64,000 nucleotides of DNA from the human T2T-CHM13v2.0 reference genome, Homo sapiens: the NCBI GenBank assembly GCA_009914755.4, contig CP086569.2, positions 10,176,001 through 10,240,000 of the forward strand, in the 5' to 3' direction. Of the stretch, positions 59,229 to 64,000 are shown in pieces. The translations under genes and the position numbers were made by a program. The notes below the pieces were generated by a model. The model was not told the origin of the DNA and did not search any database. It saw only the letters and a program-made list of their open reading frames with translations. The first letter of the stretch is position 1; every line of letters starts with the position of its first letter.

Positions 59229-59364
59229 ATGTTCCTGACACAGTGGGCAGCTATGAGAACCCATGAGCTGCTAACTATGGACCCGCTGTAGACCTGACTG
59301 CCACAGCTGATGATCCCAGCCTGCCAAGGCATGGCATATTGCAGAGAAATCTGATCTGCTGAAG
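59229..59364 (-). CDS. Serine protease catalytic-His exon (trypsin-fold, ...WVLIAAHC) with consensus splice sites
   Basis: Minus strand ttatttttctcttcag|CT TCA GCA GAT CAG ATT TCT CTG CAA TAT GCC ATG CCT TGG CAG GCT GGG ATC ATC AGC TGT GGC AGT CAG GTC TAC AGC GGG TCC ATA GTT AGC AGC TCA TGG GTT CTC ATA GCT GCC CAC TGT GTC AGG AAC AT|gtaagt. This reads ...ADQISLQYAMPWQAGIISCGSQVYSGSIVSSSWVLIAAHCVRN, which is phase-compatible with the 58864 exon (AT+G). It is the non-poly-K part of ORF 59225-59479(-). Confidence 0.65.
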
Positions 59365-59419
59365 CTGAAGAGAAAAATAAGCTAATTGTGCTAATTTGAA
59401 TAGAATTGCCATCTGTAGA

Positions 59420-59421
<2 letters not shown>

Positions 59422-59463
<42 letters not shown>

Positions 59464-59748
59464 TGAGACAGAGCCTCACTCTGTTTCCCAGGCTGGAGTG
59501 CAGTGGCGTGCTCTCTGCTCAGTGCAAACTCCGCCTCCTGGGTTCCTGCCATTCTCCTGCCTCAGCCTCCTGAGTAGCTGGGATCACAGATGTCCATCAC
59601 TGTGCCTGGCTAATTTTTTTTGTATTTTTTAGTAGAGACGGGGTTTCACCATGTTAGCCAGGATGGTCTCGATCTCCTGACCTCGGGATCCGCCCGCCTC
59701 AGCCTCCCAAAGTTCTGGGATTACAGGTGTGAGCCACCGCACCTGGCC
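59422..59748 (-). mobile_element. Alu with a 41-nt pure poly-T (A-tail on the minus strand)
   Basis: A t-run at 59422-59462, then gtgagacagagcctcactctgtttcccaggctggagtgcagtggcg...cctcccaaagttctgggattacaggtgtgagccaccgcacctggcc. Confidence 0.9.
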
Positions 59749-62289
59749 CATTTTTTTAAGTTTTAAATCCCTCCTATTTGTGCTAACCAAATTAGCATTG
59801 TTAAATATGACCAGCAAAGACAAGCTTCTACGTCTTTTGTGTTCATGCATTTTTCTTGAAAAGAAGTGTTCCTCTTACTATCTTTCTGAGTTCATAGTTT
59901 CTTTATGTCATAGCTTAAATTTCTTTAATCAAAATATTGGGAGTCATCCCAGCTTTCTCCCCCATTGCAACATTTATATATCTATGATTGTAGCTACCCA
60001 GAAATCACTGAAGTAGATAGGCAACAAAAAAATGTAATGATTTGAATGTATTAATAAATAATGAAAAATTTGGAGATAAAGCACCTGTCTCTAAAATGGA
60101 GGGGGCTTTTCTTCCTAAACTTATAATTTTAGTGAGATATCAAACCAATAGTTTAAATAGAAAATTCAAGATTGAGGTTCAGGAAAGAGCTCATATTTTT
60201 AAAATTATTTTAGCGTTCCTCAGAAAACTGAGTTGAAGCAATGCTCGTTTATATATATAGAGAGAGAGATAAAAATGTTGAAGATAACCTGTCTGTAGAA
60301 GGGGTAAGGAAGTATAGATGAAATTAGAAGCATAACTAAGATGTTAAGTGTAGTTGTCTTTGAGTTAGACTTTGGAGGATGTGAGCAAATAATTATGGCC
60401 TCTTTTATGTTTTAAGTGTATTATTCACTGTAACTATGGCGATAGGTGGTAGCTATAAAATAGCTGTGGCTAAGTGCACATTTAACTCATGAGACCAAAA
60501 GAGATCCCTCAATTTCTAAGGAAACAAGTAGAAGTACAGTAATGTGAAATAGCCATTGCTAATATTGTGATAGGTTTTCTGATAGCCAAAGGAAGGGGGA
60601 AACTGATAATAGCAACGTAACCCAATCTAGTACACCAGCACCTAAAACTCATTACTTACCAACTATTACACTGTTTCCAAACATCAAAATATCTTTAACT
60701 TAAAATATACTTAATTTAAAATAACTCTATTACAAATGCAAGCTACTGTGTGGTAGTAAAGAAATGTCTTTGTGTTAGAAGAGTGTGTCTTAATATTAGC
60801 CCTATTCATCTTTTGCCATGAGAAATCGATCAATCCATTCTACTTATCTAGTATCAGAATACACATTTAAGATAACTATAATAATCACGTTAAATGATCT
60901 CTATCATGATCTATAGGGATACTATGGAAATTGAATAATATATCAAGTATGAAATGCCTTTGTAAGCCATAAGGAAATAACTTCCATGATTTGGGAGATA
61001 AAATATTGTGCATTTTTCAGGAAGAGCTTTCTCTCCTCTCTCCTTCCATCTACTCTTTTCTATTTCAATTACCTTCTTCTTTGGCTTTGCCTACCAAGGT
61101 TTTGAGCCTTACTCTGAGGCTGTGGCAGAGAGATGAAGTGTGGCCAAATGGAAGTGGGAGCGGAGATAAAAGTCAAGGCATCTTTAGAAGCAGAGACTGA
61201 AAGGGACATGGAAGCAGAGGTAGTCATGGGCCCCTGGTGGTGCCAGGGTGCATGGCTAGGCCATGGCACTCCCAGGAGCCAGAAAGAAAAGGGTGCACTT
61301 GGCTGAAGACACAGGGCTTTGTGCAATGCTCCTCAAAGTGACTCAAGATTCCCACTTGCACCCAAGTGTCCTTTTGCTGTAGATGGCATACGAAAGGTGC
61401 TCCCAAGTCACGCTGCAAGAAACAAAGATACAAGATATGAATCAATATTTTGAAGGAGGGCCAGAAGTAACTTTTAGTGTGCAAGATATTCCTCTTTCTT
61501 CCTGGCATTCATACCCCATGAATTTGTCCCCTTACAGCCAGCCTCCCCAACAGCTGTCTTGGCCTCTACACAAAAAGTGAATTCATTCAGCTTGGGGCAC
61601 AATTGGGCACAAGGGCTGACTTGTTGGTTGCTCAGGTGCCCTTTTTGCAGAATTCCAGAACTTCCTGATAGAAAACACAGAAGAGGTGTTTGTGTTTGTT
61701 TGTTTTCAAATTTAGCCTAGATTAGAGGGGGAAGTATGGTGAAGAGAAATACATTTTTTTTTATTATTCAAGAGAGGATACTATTCTCTTTCCAAACATG
61801 CTTCTCTTCCATCCCAGGGTCTTCTTCATTACTCAGCCCTCATAAGGGACCAGCTAGATAGCCAATAGTCATATAGTTGTGTAAATTTCTCCTGTTCCAG
61901 ACTTTCCTCCAAGCATAGAGGAAACACCAGGGGTTGAAAATGTAGTGGCTGCTTCAGGAAGATCAACCCAGGTCCTAGAGGTCCCTTGGGAGCTAGGTAG
62001 GGTATGGCATGGTCAATGCTCACAGTCAGCTTGGGCAGATTCCAGAAGATGACTAAGCCCCACTGGACTAGGGCCAGGGCTCCTGAGCTTTTTCTGGGGA
62101 AAAAAAATCAAGAAAAATCTTATTATTTCCACATTTCAATTTGAATGAAGCCCTGGAGGTCACATGAATCCAGATGAAGTCCAGGTAAGCACTAAAGTAG
62201 AAATACTTCTTTAGAAACTATTTTCGAGGATCATTTGAGACCAGGTGCACAACATGATAAGAGCTTATTTATGCCAAAATAAAAATAGC

Positions 62290-62430
62290 CAGATGCAGTG
62301 GTGTGTGCCTGTGGTCCCATGTACTCAGGAGGCAGAGGTGGGATAATCTCTTAATATTGGGAGTTTGAGGCTACTTGTGAATCACGCCACTGCACTCCAG
62401 CCTGGGCAACAGAGTAAGACCTTGTTTCTA
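62290..62430 (+). mobile_element. Alu fragment (right arm) followed by a (TC)n/(CA)n tract
   Basis: gccagatgcagtggtgtgtgcctgtggtcccatgtactcaggaggcagaggtggg...gccactgcactccagcctgggcaacagagtaagacc, then tctctgtttctctctgtctctctcacacacacagacacacac. Confidence 0.8.
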
Positions 62431-64000
62431 TCTCTGTTTCTCTCTGTCTCTCTCACACACACAGACACACACAAATAAAGGGAAAGATATTCATTAACAA
62501 TCTCCAGTTGTAATTGCTTTATAATGATATCTTAATCTTGAAATGAATTACTTAGATTTACATAAAATAGGCACATCTAGCTGTGGTAAGGATACACTGT
62601 TCATTTAGTATGGAGCCAGCACAGAAATGGGAGAAAGACAGTTGTAGAGAAACTGTCAAGGGAATTCACCAATTCCTGCCTCCCAGCAGCTGGGACAGAG
62701 GGTTACATGGCCAGGGCATAATCCACACTCCGCAGAAGGAATACACATGTGGAATAGAGTGAGATTAGTGTTACCACTCTCCTATTTCTAAAATCTAATT
62801 TTAGGTTTTTAGGAATATGCTTGAGAAATTCAGTATCTTCAATTCTGAGACAATGCTTCGAAATATGCATTATTCACCCTAAAATTTCAGATATACTACA
62901 GAGGTTATCTGCATACTTTCCCTTTAAATAATAATGTAAAGTATATATATATATACACACATATATATATATCTTATTTATATCCAAGATATTATACTAT
63001 TATCCAATAGTGTGTGTATATATTCATATACCTCAAGTGGAATAATAAACCATTTCTAAGAAGTAAGACTATCTTTAAAATACTGCTCTCTGAATAGAAT
63101 TGTGCTTATAAAACATAGCCCATAAATCCTGTTTGGCAAAAATAAGATATCTCTCAATATTTAAACATCTCTCCTGAGTCATACAATAACCTAAATTTTG
63201 GTATTGCAAAGATCTGCGGACATAACCTCTTATCTTACAAACTGTGGTTTTAGAGTTCAACAAGGGTCTTCGTACCAAGTATATTAACCCAAACCTATGA
63301 CTAGACTAAAGGTGCCTGTGTTTTCATGAGAAATAACAGCTGTCTTGAAGAGCCAGAAAGTCTGGAAACTTTCTTTCCATATCACAGCTAGTTGACACTC
63401 AACCAGGGAAACATTGAGTTCTAAATGCCTAAGAGGTTGTTGTCTAGGCTTGGGTCCAGATTGAGATCCAGGCATCAGGAGAAGTTAAAAGTGTGGCTGG
63501 AGCAGCATGCAAGGATGAGAAAGAATGGGAAAGAATGCACTATTCAGTAAATGTTAAGAAAGATATTTTCTGAAGAGGATTAGCAGAAGAGGCTATGGAT
63601 AGGAGAACAGGAGAAGAGACCAGAGGAAAAATAACTGAGAAAGATGGGAAAATGCAAAATGAAGGGAATGCACAAGAAGAAAAGATTGAACAAGAAGAAC
63701 ACAGTGTATGTGGAGATGGAAGAGAACAAGACAGAAAAAAGAAAAAGGAGGAACAAAGAGAGATAAGAGAGGTACCTAGGACATCAGGGCTTTCTTTTAT
63801 CTTGATAATTTTTAATTTCCTGCCGTAGTGCTGGTAAACAAATCTTCTAGGAAGCAAATGCTTATAAGCTCGCTTGGTTGGAGAGAAATGATTTATCTTG
63901 GCTTTCTGTGACAGGTATCTCAGTTAACAAAGTGATAAAATAGTGATCTGGGAAAGAAACAGTTTTTACTGCCAAAAAGGGTACACGTTTAGACAAGGAG

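Noticed and set aside
59225-59479. Upstream part of ORF 59225-59479 ([19 protein letters not shown]...)
   Set aside because: The poly-K is the translation of the Alu poly-T tail. Only the 3' part of this ORF is the protease exon.
61560-61700. Possible upstream protease exon (translation ...FCVEAKTAVGEAGCKG... on the minus strand)
   Set aside because: The similarity to the IVGG...PWQ region is too weak and there are no convincing splice sites, so I did not call it.
63595-63828. 77-aa ORF rich in E/K/R/Q (MDRRTGEETRGKITEKDGKMQNEGNAQEEKIEQEEH...) and the antisense 105-aa ORF at 63540-63857
   Set aside because: It is a purine-rich (GAA/GAG-like) low-complexity stretch with no start or splice context and no domain resemblance.

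Overview
This window is primate (catarrhine) genomic DNA, best explained as a Y-chromosomal TSPY locus. I infer the species and chromosome from the Alu and L1PA content plus the multi-exon TSPY genes; I cannot prove either without a search.

Bases 1-18504 are unique flank full of retroelements:
- an inverted L1 3' fragment;
- a full-length but dead L1PA-type element (2586-8800) carrying a nested Alu with target-site duplications;
- several Alus and microsatellites.

Bases 18505-57670 hold a two-copy tandem duplication of an ~18.6-20.5 kb TSPY repeat unit, and both outer boundaries lie inside the window. The copies differ by roughly 8-12%. Unit 2 (37140-57670) carries an apparently intact 6-exon TSPY gene on the minus strand (CDS 48647-51203, 308 aa). 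Unit 1 (18505-37139) carries a TSPY pseudogene with an exon-3 frameshift, a mutated exon-5 donor and in-frame indels.

Both units share:
- a THE1/MST-type MaLR LTR;
- two Alus;
- an old L1 3' fragment;
- a CpG-island promoter;
- a diverged, inverted TSPY exon-1-like segment about 1 kb upstream of TSPY;
- two internally paralogous ~1.5 kb segments.

They differ by a 2.2 kb microsatellite-flanked indel and by an Alu-associated indel.

The right flank (58160-64000) contains two phase-compatible exons of a prostasin/testisin-like serine protease on the minus strand, ending in a premature stop about 0.5 kb from the array edge, and more Alus.

No prokaryotic-style system is present. The interest is in the architecture and decay state of this small TSPY cluster and in the truncated protease beside it.
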